Below are positions 25,041-38,688 of a stretch of 64,000 nucleotides of DNA, in pieces. The position numbers and the translations under genes were made by a program. The notes under the pieces are model-generated. The model ran no database searches. It was not told the DNA's origin and was given only the letters and a program-made list of their open reading frames with translations. How positions within the stretch are numbered: position 1 is the stretch's first letter; the number at the start of each line of letters is the position of its first letter. The DNA is from Entomortierella parvispora E1425 (Eukaryota; Fungi; Mortierellomycota): NCBI GenBank assembly GCA_020891255.1, contig BQFW01000013.1, forward strand, positions 372,001-436,000. The letters are read 5' to 3'.

Positions 25041-28000
25041 CAACCAACCCAACCAAACCAACCAACAGCAACAGGAGACAGAGGGAGACGACAGGGAAAT
25101 GACGAGAGGTGAAGGGGAGGGGCGTGTTGTTATTGTCGTTGTTGAGGAGGAGGAAGAATGAGACCAATGAGCGAATGAATTGAAGGAGAAGAAGGAAAGA
25201 GAGAACAGAGGAGGGATTCACCCACTGATGCGCGATGGAATGGACGACATGTCAGCATGCATGCATGCTGATCCACATGAGCATACCCAGAAGAACACTG
25301 ACAAAAAGACAAACCAGAGAGACGCGTTTTGTCGGACCCTGCGCGTTGCGCGATAATTGGATAATTGGCGGGAGTGGGAAGTAGGTGTGCAAAAAGGGGA
25401 AAGTGACTGGAGACCAAAGAATCAGTTTGGATGAGCTAAAAAGAGACTCTTCGCACACAGACCACATCCCCATCTGCCTCCGCTTGTTCTGCTTCGCACA
25501 CACATACCACAGACCGGACCACAATCCAAAGCACCGAACGAATCAATCTGAACGTACAGCACATGTACAGTACAAGCGCACCCATGCACGAACGCACGAT
25601 CGATCATTTGAAGATGAACGAATGAATCAGTGGATGTATGAACGATGGATAGATGAAAGGGGGAGAGCAAAGGGGGATCGAAAACCTTGCCTGGTCAAAC
25701 GCCGCTTGCTTGCTTGCTTGCTTGTGTATGTGTGTTTGTGGGTTCAGAAATAGATCGACCCTCTCCCTCTCTCTCTCTCCCTTCACTCGCACCTTTACCA
25801 ACAAACAAAGACCAGACACTCTTCCTTCCTTCTCTCCCTATGACTCCACTCCCATTCCCGTCTGTTCATCGCCATGCGGTGCAGCAACAGAGCGTCACAT
25901 GGACCCAGGAAGCGGTAAGGAACAGGGGCGTTGTCTCTACTCTCGCTTGCTCTTTCCTTTCTTTTTTCTCCTGAACCATAACTGCCTCTCCTTTACAACG
26001 CCTCCACCACCATTGGACTTGGAAGGTGTTGTATTGTCCCTGTAACTGACTCGGACAAAAGGGCTCTCACAGGGGCGAATGGGAGGGAGGGCCCCCGTGG
26101 TTGTGGTGGTATGGGTGACTAGGATGGAGGCTCTTTCCTCTCTGTGACTTTCACTCTCTGGCTCTCTATCACGTTAATTGCCTCGCTGTCTTCATTTCTC
26201 TGCCTTTTCCTCTCTGCCTCCCCCTCCCCCTTCTCCTCCTTCTAGGGGAACTAGGTTACTGCCGGTCTCGGATGGACACTGTATCCAAAAGTTGGGGTTT
26301 GATGCTCCCCCCAAAAATGATCCCCGGGATTGTCGTCTCTCTTCCCCCTATCCAGATCTAAAACTGGATTCTTTCCTGACTCCCTCTTCTCCCATCTCTC
26401 TATCTCTTTCTTTGATCCAAACAATAATCCCAAAATTGATCTCGGATGCTGTGCTGTTCGCACCTCCCCATGCGAACCCTCGGCGCCTTTCCTTTGCTGC
26501 ACGCATGCATCATTTCGCCCAATAATGAACCAGCGCCTCACCTCCTCCTCCTTTCTGCTGTCGCGCTTTCTCCTCCCCCTCGGAAAGAGGAAGAGCAATA
26601 CTGAAAACAACAAGAAGAAAAAAAGAAAAGCAAAGCTTAAACTTACCAGGGTCACCAAAACAAGAGAAAAGATCAAGAATCAAGACTCGGTTCTCTGGAT
26701 CTTTGGCTTGATGTGTCTTTTTTGATTATTTTTTTTCAAGCGTTCCCGGCCAATTCAACTCTGGCTTCTTTGGATCTTTGGTAAGAATCTTCGCTTTGTC
26801 GGCCTTGTGGTTTTCTTTCTTTTTTCTGGGTATCCGGTCAAGATATGGCTTCTTTTACGCGTCTTTGGGGTGAGTCCAATTTGGAAGGTAGCTGGTTTTT
26901 GTATAGGAAGAAAACGGTGAGATGCTTGGTGAGTAGGTTGTGATGAGTGGGATCAGCGACAAAGATGGAGAGAAAAAGGAGAGAAAGAAGGCGAAGGAGA
27001 AAGGAAACGCGATAGAAAAAGGCAAGTTTCTCTATGTTTTTGTAATCGCAGAAACCGGGCGAAAATGTAGATTCTCCAAGGGGAAAACAGCATGCAAAAA
27101 GAGTAGACGATCGGCAATAGTGTGATATAGAAAGAAAGAAAAAGATCTAAAGAGGAAGGAAGAAAGTTCCTCAAAGGGAGGAAAGACGGAGGGGGTAAAG
27201 AAGGGGACGAAAAGGCGGGTAGAGAAGGAGACAATCCCAATGAAAGAAATAAACTGCAAGTTGAAAGGAAAACTAGATCTTCAGATCAGAAGCGGGCCTT
27301 TTTTGTGTGTGTGTGTGTGTGTTTTGTTGACACGAAGGGGACGTAGGTTCGTAGAGGTAGGAAAATAAATAAAGGACTAACGCGACTTGTACTTTGGGCG
27401 AATGCTACGATTGGTCGAGGAAGCTTGTTTTTGTTATTGTTGTTGTGAGTATGGAGTATGGAAAAGGGGAGGAGGAAGGAAGGGATGGAGAGGAAGAAAA
27501 GAGAACGATGACCGAAGAAAGACGGTAATATCAGGATCAGAGCTAAAATTTCGGGACGATCAATTGCCAGGAGAGGAGATGCAAAGAATGTTGAAGGGAG
27601 CAGCCGAGGAATTGGAAACAAAGGGTAGCGAAGATAAGATGCAGAAGAGAAGAGTGTGCACTTGAGATGAAGAAGTAGAGAAAGAAAAATGAAAAAAGAA
27701 GCGGATATGACGACAAATGGAACAACCAAAAAAAAAGAGTGAAGTGCAAAGAAAATGATGAGAGTGGAGGAATGGACCACCCTATGAAGGTACTGGGCGG
27801 GATGATAAGAGGGAGAGCGGCGACGTGCGCACAAAAAAAAGGTCTACATTGGTGTGGTATCCCTTGGCGGGCGAACGGGATTGCATTGGACGAAACAACG
27901 TTCTCGCTTTTCAACATCAAACCAGATTCCTTGCCTACGTACTTTTTTTGTCAATCTTCTTACTGGAAAGAGAAGGGAAAGGGCGCAAAAGATAGCGGTT

Positions 28001-29507
28001 GAGAGAGAAGATGAGGGGGAAGATAAAGAGAGCAGAACACTCGGTGAGTTCAAGGTCGAGGACAAGAGAGGATTGCGGGAAGAAGAGCTTTTGCTTTTGC
28101 TTATGAAGATGGTGGTGTTTGTGGGGCCAACAGAAACGGGGCCACGGGCCAGGATCTCGCAGTTAGTCAAATGAGCAGCAAAACGGACAAAACAATGAAA
28201 GAAGAGAAAAAAGATACGATGGACTGTCAGAGCTGAATATGAGATTGCCGCGTTTACATTGTTTGTTGTTTTGGATTGGGTGATGAGCAGTTGTTCTTTC
28301 ATGTTCACCCATGCATACTGGCAGCGAGGCCTGACGTGAGTCTGTTCTCGATCATACCTTTGATAGATAGAATGCATAGAGGGGGTGACCTTTTTTTTAT
28401 GAGAGCCGGCAGGCATTCAAGGTGAACAAACAAAACTCACGGAGGCAAAAACAGTAAGACCGGTATCTTCTAACATGAGAAGGATATCCAATATGGCAAG
28501 CCCGCCGCTCTCGCGCGTACCGTGCTCTCCTTCCTCTTGCACTCTGCCTCCCTCCTCCTCCTCCTTCCCTCCTTCCCTCCTTCCCTTCTTCCCTCCCTCA
28601 TTGTCATCGCGTTTTTATATATATATATATATTTTTTTATTCATGCATCGATCCGCGTCGCCTTTTTTTTTTTTGTCGCAAGCTATCACGCCTTTCACAT
28701 TGATCTAGGACATTTCGGCTGGTTCTGGTCCATGTGTGCTGCAGATAATGTGCAGGCATTGAGTAGGCAAGAAAAGTCTCCGCATTCAGAACCCGTCAAT
28801 TTCGATATTTCATCCTTCAAGGCCGGCCCTCTGTACAAATCATTCTTACGCCTTGTAAGGCTGCTTTTCAATTACATGCCTCGGCCAGCCTTTCTCTGTC
28901 TCCCTCTCTAGTCCTGTCCGCTGTTGATTTGTTTGCCTGCCTCTTTCTGTCTCTCGCTCACCCTGATCGATGCGGAGGACCCACCCTGGTCCCTTTTTTT
29001 GCTCTGGATGGCACTCTGGATGGCAAGGCACCGACTGTTGGGAACAAGGGTTGTAACGGTCAGACAACTGCAGCATGCATCATGTACCTGTGTCAAAGAT
29101 ACAAACCTACCCACTCGTGCTGATTGCGACAAAAGACAGGCAACCCTTTCTCGTTACGATCGTGGATTTTGAACCACGAGGAAACCAAGAAACGATCGAC
29201 ACGATCGCTGTGCACAAGGCATGCTTCTGTGCGGCTGTGTAATAGCACAGCGTCCTTGTCCATCCTGTGTTTCGTGCTTTGTGCTTGGATGGTCCCCGCG
29301 TACTCCCCTTTTTGTTCGCACGCGTGCCTTTTTCAGTCATATGCAATCTACGCGCATCCATTGTGCAGCAGACACGCGTATACTCCCACTATCTCTCTCA
29401 TATCTGAAAAACACACCTTCAAGCTCAACGAAAGATCATCACCGTCGTTACCAAAAAAAAAGCAATCTTTCTTCGTGTTCCTTTTCCCTCTATTGCAAGC
29501 TATCGAT

Positions 29508-32351
29508 CTAGTTTCCTGCAAAGGCACCAACAGCCAGACACAGGTTCCGCTTCGTGAACTGCACCTTATAGATAGGAGTCCTCTTGGTGGGGAACGTTGC
29601 CAGGTGGTCCTCTGATTCGGCAGGGCCTGCATGGGCTGCGGCCGCTGCGGCCTTCTTGTTCAACCGATCCATAGCCTGTGCATGGCTCTGATGGACAGTT
29701 GGAGACGAGGCTACCGTACCGTTTGCGCCAGAAGCATCGTGAACAATGCGGTGAGAGGCAGGCTGGTCCGAATTGATCTCCTTCTTGACATCCCACGCTC
29801 TAACTGTGCAATCAGCACTGCCCGACATCAGGATACTGCCGTCTTGACTGAAATCCAGAGAGTAAACCACGCCTTGATGACCCGTCATCTTCTTCACCCT
29901 CCGTCCAGAACCAAGATCCCAAAGCAAAATCGACTTGTCCTCGCCCGCAGAAGCCATTGTCCGACCATCTGGAGAGACTGCAATCGCATTGATAGCCCCC
30001 ACATGCTCCGTGAAAACACGGACACAGGTTCCTCGCTGTACATCCCACAGTCTTGCTGTCTTGTCGCTCGATCCTGTCACCAGGTACTTTGAATTAGGGT
30101 GGAATTTGACCACCTAAAAGAAAGAAAGACACCAGTTGTTTAGTCCAGTAGTTCTAAATATCCACAATTCAATGATTCCAGCTTCGAGCAAGCTCTCTGC
30201 AGCGAACTTCAGACAACCAACTTACATCAACGTCTGACATATGGCCGGCAAAGATGCGCAGAGGATAAATTTGGTCGCAGCTCCACAGCCTTGCTGTCCG
30301 ATCATGGGAGGCCGTAGCAAAATAGAATCCTTGAGGTCCAAAGTCCACATCCCAGACTGGGTAGTTATGACCCTTGTAACACACCACATTCGTCAAAGTG
30401 TTGGTGCTCCAAAGGCGGGCTATGATAATGAAGGAGGGAAAAATCCATCAAAAAATAATGTTAGTGTCGAATTCTATCCTGTGTTGGGTGGTATGGCGAT
30501 GGTCTCTCGTCGTGTTCTTACCTGTCTTATCTTCTGAGCAGGTAATAAGGTACTTGTTGTCGGGACTGAAGCTCGCACCAAAGACTGGTCCTGCGTGTCC
30601 AATAAGCTTCCTTGAATCTGTACCATTCTTTTCGCGAACACGGTCGAGGTCATTTGCTATATTTTGTCGAAGTAAATTCATGTCAGCCAAGCGTTTGATG
30701 AAGTAGCTACCAACAATGAACCCAAAGTCAAGAAAAAGAATGCGACGTACAATCACTGATGCGTGCTGGGTTGAAGTTGCTCCTGAATCCTCGAAGCTTT
30801 TCGCCCTTCAAACTCCAGATTCGCACATAGGACTCTGAGAATCCCGCTGCCATCAAGGTCGCATCCTCAGAAACTGCCACACAGTTAATGTTCTTGTGGG
30901 CGTTGTGGAATGTGTAGGCGCATATTGATGGCAAGCTAGATGGTCCAAGTGCAACTCGTTTCCGTGAATCCCGCAGCGCCTCAATCTCTGCTTGAATATC
31001 GCTTCCTTTACTATAACATTGACAATGCAACGAAAGCAAAGTATGTTAATAAGCCACAGATCACCATTAATTGTTAGATCTACCGCCGTGCCTAACTTTG
31101 CGACACTTACAAAGGGGGCATGGGCACATCATCCCGTGATGGGGTATCCGCCTCTGCCTCTGTCTTCACCTTCTTGTATTCCTCCATAAGTGAGACAGTC
31201 GCTGGTGGCTCTCCTCCGTTGATGGTCGAGTCATGGGCCGCTTGAGCCTCTTCCTCTTTCAGGGTCTGCTCCACTTGCTCTCGAAGGGCTGCATCTGGAG
31301 GCATCTGTCCCAGAGTCACTTTTTGCTTGTTGAATGTCGTCAGTTGATGGGTTCCATGTCCAGCAATTCCAATGATCTCATCCTCCTTTGAACTGGCAGG
31401 TCCGACCTGGATATTAAGATGTTGGTTCACAATGCGGAGCAAGACAATAAACTTGTTGTCCTGCAAAAATGCAATCAAGAGCTCCAACGAGACTGGGGAC
31501 ATGCGGAGGTGGTATTTGTTGTTTTTGTACATTTGCGCCAGTTCATTTTCCTTGACATGTTGAACCTCGATCACGGTTGCCAGTCGAATTATGTCCGGTG
31601 AATGCAGTTCAATGTGATCCGATCTGTATGTGTCCATGAAATGCTTGGCTAAAAGGAGAACAGAAAAGCAAGATCATGATTTCAGGTAAGAAATCTGTCT
31701 CAAGGTAGCTCAAAATGTGGTGATTTCCAAAATCCTTCAATACCTTGAGTCTTCAATCCACGATCAACAAGGTGCAGATAGCTGTGAACAAACAGGGGGT
31801 ACAACACAGAGATGAGCTCTGGCTAAGAGGGGTCGAGTAGAAGGTAATAATCCAGTCAGAATGAACCCTGAAACAGTCATCAGCCCTGAACTTCGTCGAA
31901 TTTGTTGCATATCGTCTACCTTGTACAGGTCCAGTGAGTTCTCAACCCAAAGTCGGAGTGATGAATACGCCTGGTCATAAGCATCTGGGTTTGCCATTTC
32001 GGCTTTGCTGTTCAGCATGCCATTACCAAACCGAGATGGGATCAACCCATCAATCTCGGAGGACAGTGCATCGTTGTATGAGGCCTCCAGTTCTTCCAGG
32101 CTCAACAGGTTTGCTTCCCGCTTGAGAACATACTCTGCTTTCTTGTAGCCCTTCTGGTTCAAGTAGTTGAGAACAATCCGGTCGACCTCCTGCGGTGTGT
32201 GGGGGGTTGCAGCAGCGGGTGCAGCGGCTGGTGTAGCAGCGGGAGGTTGCGATGGAGGCTGGGGAGCAGGTTGGATGCCAGCAGAGGGAGGATTGGACGA
32301 GGACGAGGCGGCGGCATTAGAGCCGTGGCCTGGATCAGAAGGGTCGGCCAT
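29508..32351 (-). CDS. TAF5: TFIID/SAGA subunit 5 (LisH, NTD2, WD40)
   Basis: [19 protein letters not shown] (LisH); [20 protein letters not shown]|[16 protein letters not shown] (NTD2); WD repeats [32 protein letters not shown] and [23 protein letters not shown]. Confidence 0.95.
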
Positions 32352-32499
32352 GATGATGAAACAGAGGAGAGAGGGATCCTGAGAAGAGTCGTCGTCAACG
32401 TGTGGTCGGTCCCGTTAGGTTCAGTCAAATGTCAGGTCAACAAGGTCAAGAAGAGATGCATGCTGCGATTGTCCACCGCGCTTGTGTGCTAGATGAGCG

Positions 32500-32533
32500 C
32501 ACGTGACCAATCGAGGGAAGGTCACGTGGTGAC
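32500..32533. promoter_or_regulatory. Two CACGTG E-boxes flanking a CCAAT box in the TAF5/SIW14 divergent promoter
   Basis: CACGTGAC at 32500-32507, CCAAT at 32507-32511 and GTCACGTG at 32521-32528. The motifs are visible; function is inferred. Confidence 0.5.
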
Positions 32534-32936
32534 AAGCCACCGTTTTTCCTCTCTGGCTCCATTCCCGTGTCGCACAGCGCAAACGCGCCTGTTTCAAGGT
32601 GCATCGCATCTCTTCATCACCCGCTCGACTTGTGCATCCTGCCAGCGACTTGACCTCAAGGAAATCGACCCTGGACCAGTCCACCTGCATGAACTATCGC
32701 CACCTGGAGGAAATTGACATCTCTACCTTCGAATTTGTTGCACAAGAAAGAGACAGCAACTCAGTCTAGCGAACTTTTTTTCAACTTTTCAGAGTTGCCC
32801 GGTACAACCCTCCAAAGGGACATATCACACCATTTTGCCAAGGCAACATTGAATACCTTCCCAAGTTCTAGTAGAACGGCTCTTTTCCTCCCTGAAAACA
32901 CGGCTGATCCGGAAAAGGGAAAACGACAAACGAAAG

Positions 32937-34769
<1,833 letters not shown>

Positions 34770-35305
34770 GATAGATCTACAATCACTCTCTCTCCACTCT
34801 CGCCTGCCTGTTATGCTCAGCACTCAACAGTCCTGGCATTTGTAAAGTAAATAAACATCGCCCCCTCCACACCTTACAAACCCCGCCTCAAGCTCATAAC
34901 CATGTAATCTGGGTCTTTCTTCGGGTATCGGATGGTATTTTTAATGAAAAGCAAAACTATGTGTTTTTGGGGGGGTTTTTTTCGGCTACGCACTTCAATT
35001 GTGCATGCTATGTTGTTTCTTCCGGTTTTTTTTCTTTGTTGATATTGCTGATATGTATTTTGTTTGTTGTTGTTTTTGTTTCTGGTCCTCCGTACTCGTG
35101 TTTTTTGGATCTTTTCTGGGGGGTTTTGTGTTCGGGAAGGGCCAATACTCCAAGGACGAAAGGAGAACAGCGGCAGAGAAAAAAAAGAGGGTAGGATATC
35201 CGGGTCAAACCCACCACGTCTCTATTTCCTTTTTTTTTTTTTTTGTTGCTTGCCACTGTCAGCTTTTCTCAGTCTCAGAGCCAAAAAATGGAGGAGCTCG
35301 AAGCT

Positions 35306-38121
35306 CTAGTCCATAGGTTCCTCTTTGATGTAAATCTCCATAGGTTCCTCCTTGATGGCAGCCAGAGGGGAGCCCCCTGGGTTGGAAGACCGAGACGCGG
35401 CATGTGCCACCTTGAAGAAGGTATCCTTGTTGTCATAAATCCGTCGGGTCTTGACCACACCGCCCTTGGGACCCACTCTGCTGTTGCTACCAGAAGAAGC
35501 CGTCGCAGCTGCCGCAGCCGCCGAGGCAGCAGAGGCAACACGGGCCTGATGGGCACGTCGTCGGATATAAGCCGGGACCGGGGTCGAGCTGGCCTTGGCC
35601 ACCGACGGCACCAAGCTGGTGGCCGCCTCCTCTGTTGAATTCTTCAAGCCCTGGTCGGTTGTTGCCGTCGAGTTGTCAAACATGCCCACGGGGATGATGG
35701 GGAATCGAATCACTTGCTCATGGTCGCCCAAACCCTTGCCGCTGACCACACGCGAAGAAGTGACTTCGACATCCAGTCTCAGGTACCGTTGCTCAGTCGA
35801 GCTACCGTCTGCAGAAGCCTTGCCGCCGTGGTTGGGCATCCAAGGTGGGTATTGACTCTTTTCCGATCCGGCCGTGTTCGATCCAAGGACACCATCCAGT
35901 GGTGAAAGAAGCGAGAGTCGGGGTCGACGGATTTCACCATTGGTAGCCTGGGCTGATCCAGCAGCCTTGGACACACTAGCCGATCGGAGCGAGTACAACA
36001 AGTTGGAGCAATACAGCCATGCATCCCGGTCGGGCTCGATCATGTCTTCGGATCCAATATCGGGACGGGCCGCCCAGTGCAATTGCTCGGGTGATTGAGC
36101 TACAAACCCAACGCTCTTCACGGTCTCGGTCTCAGTCTCCATTGCAGATGTCTCTGGTGTCTTGACGGCCGTGGCGGGGATATCCACTGGGGGTTGTGCT
36201 GATGCTGCCGTGCTCGTAACAGGGGTCTTGGCCTGAGCGGCGTGCACGGTCACCGGCTGATGTCCCAACCAGGTTTGAAGTGCTCTGTTATCCGAAAAGA
36301 CAATGAGGTCCGTCATGTTGTTGTTGCCACTGGGGTCGCGTACTTGTCCAGAGATCGTAGGGTTCTTTGAGTAAGAATTGAGGGCACGTCCAACAATGCT
36401 AAAAGAAAGGATAATGAGGGTTAGCAAAGCCCCCCTTTTTTCCAAAAAAAAAAAAAAAACAATCACATTCTCTAACAGTCGTCAGATTCACCACATACCT
36501 AGAGCCAATTCTTGGACGATCGACAGATCTACCACCGACCATGAGCGTCTCCAGCTTGCCACCGGGCAGGTTGAAAAGAGCAAATGAGAAAAGGATAATC
36601 TAAACAGACGAAAACACGGAGAAAAGAGAGATACAAAATGGAAAGGTTAGTATTGCACCCAAATCGATCAATGCCTCCCCCCTATTGATGAGAATCAAGC
36701 CATTGGGAATGCGCGGTTCGAAACGGATATGGACAACTCACCATGAAGACGACTCCTGTTGCCTTGGAGTTCAATCCTCGCTCCGTGTCCATGCCTCGGG
36801 CATTGCGCTCGATATCCATGTCCACACGAAGAGAGTCCGAGTGGGGGCGGTGAGAGAGAATGATGATCTGGCGCTGAAGACGTTCACATTCCTGCAAAGC
36901 CGAGTCGCGCTCCTCTGTCAGGACCTTGACGTTCTCCTCCAGCTCCGTGACACGCTCCTTCAGCTCCTGGTTATCCATCTTGAGCAGGTCTGTGTGACTC
37001 TCCAGCAGATTGATATGCTCCCGCTTGCGCTTGCGTGAGAGTAGTGCCGCCGCCCTGTTCTTAATTAAGCGCTCCTGTCGTTTGGCATGCGCCGTCATCA
37101 CTGCCTCAGACTGCGGCTTTTCGTCGGGGATCAGAGTCGATTTCACTAGGACGGGGTTCGAACGAGCCAAACTGGGCGTCAGAGCAGGCACAATCGATGG
37201 CCGACGAGCGGCAGCAGCGCCCGCCTGGGCTTGACCCAGAGGAGTCTGAGATGACGACGTTGATGCTGACACCGCGGTTGCTGGAGCTGGCAGGAGAGCA
37301 GGCGAGAGTGGCGGTGATTGTTTCGTAAACGCATCATGGACCGAGACGGGTGGCGAAGGCGGCACGGGTGCCCGGCTGGCAATGGCTTGCGGTTGCGGTG
37401 CTAGTGACACTAGAGGTTTCAAGGGGGCCAGCGCAGGCAGCGTCGTGGGCTGCGAAGGTGCAGCAGCCAGCTTCTTGGCCTTTTTGGACCGACGCTCGCT
37501 CTTGACTGAGGCAACTGGCGAAGGAGGCGCTTGACCGGCAGGCTTGGTCAAAGGCGCCCTTGAGGTAGGCGTATTACTGCTGTTGTTGGTGTTGTTGAGA
37601 GGGGTGGTGTTGCTATTCTTGGTATTACTATCAAAAAGACCAGGTCCTGACAGGGGCTGCATCAACGCGCCATCGACATTGGGAAAGAGAGGCCATGATC
37701 CCGATTGTTGCTGTTGTTGCTGGAGAAGGAGCTGCTGTTGCGGAGTGAGATCGCCACCCAGAAGAGGAAAGGTCGAGGAAGGCGGGTGGGTGAGATCAGA
37801 ATAGACGTATTGCCAGTACTCGAGTGGGCTGCTGTCCATGGCCACGTCGGATCCAGATCCTTCATCGCACGAGTCTGATGCGCTGTTGTGGGGTGATCCT
37901 GACGACTCGGAATAGGTGCCGACAGAGGTCGGGGGCGAGGGCGGGTGGAGGAGACTCTGGTACTTCAGGTCGCTGTCGGCGGGCAGGGGGTCAAAAAAGT
38001 GGGACGAGTCAAAGGGACTCGGGTTGGCTGTGGTCTGGGACTCGAGAAAGTCTGTGGTGAGAAAGGACAGGATCGAGTCGTCCTCGATCATGTTGGAGTT
38101 GTCGCTCGAAGATGGGTCCAT
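35306..38121 (-). CDS. Membrane-tethered bZIP transcription factor with ATF6-like architecture
   Basis: Exons 38121-36742, 36599-36499 and 36398-35306 join in frame. bZIP KRQERLIKNRAAALLSRKRKREH plus zipper; TM GVVFM|IILFSFALFNLP; C-terminal domain with RPRLSLLSP and LRLDVEVTSSRVV. Confidence 0.85.
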
Positions 38122-38650
38122 GGTTCAGATGCCGGTCGTATTGGGGGAAAGTGTGGTTACAAGGGTAAGGAAAGCAAAGAGAGAGAGGGAATCGCGTCCC
38201 TTGGGCAGGCCCGTTTTAGTGCTGTTTCCAGGAGTGAGGGAGGAGGGTTGGAACGGTGAACTGTGAACTGTGAACTGTGAAGAAAGGGAGGGAAGGGAAG
38301 GGAAGGGAAGGGGTGGGTGGGGTGGATGAGAAGGGAGGGGGGATGGTGCCAGGGGGGAAAGCAATGGATGGATGTGCCAAATATGTGCAAGAGAGACAAG
38401 GGGGTGTGAGAGTACAGTAGTATGTGAAGAAGGGAGAGGACGAGAAGGGTCCGGGCGCAATAGGAATGATCTCGAGAAGAATGAAAGAGTGAAGAGTGAA
38501 GAGAGAAGATAGATTGAAGGAAAGAAAGAGACAAGAGAGAATGAACGAATGAATGAATGAACGAACGAACGAACGAACGAATGACATCACCATCCGCACA
38601 GACAGAGTCAAAGGCAGAGCGGAGCCAAGCGAAGGAAATAGACCCACCCT

Positions 38651-38688
38651 CACTCACTCACTCACTCACTCACTCACTCACTCACTCA
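38651..38688. repeat. (CACT)n tetranucleotide microsatellite; nearby (GAAT/GAAC)n at ~38541-38582 and (ACTGTGA)n at ~38257-38280
   Basis: Tandem units are directly visible upstream of the bZIP gene. Confidence 0.85.
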
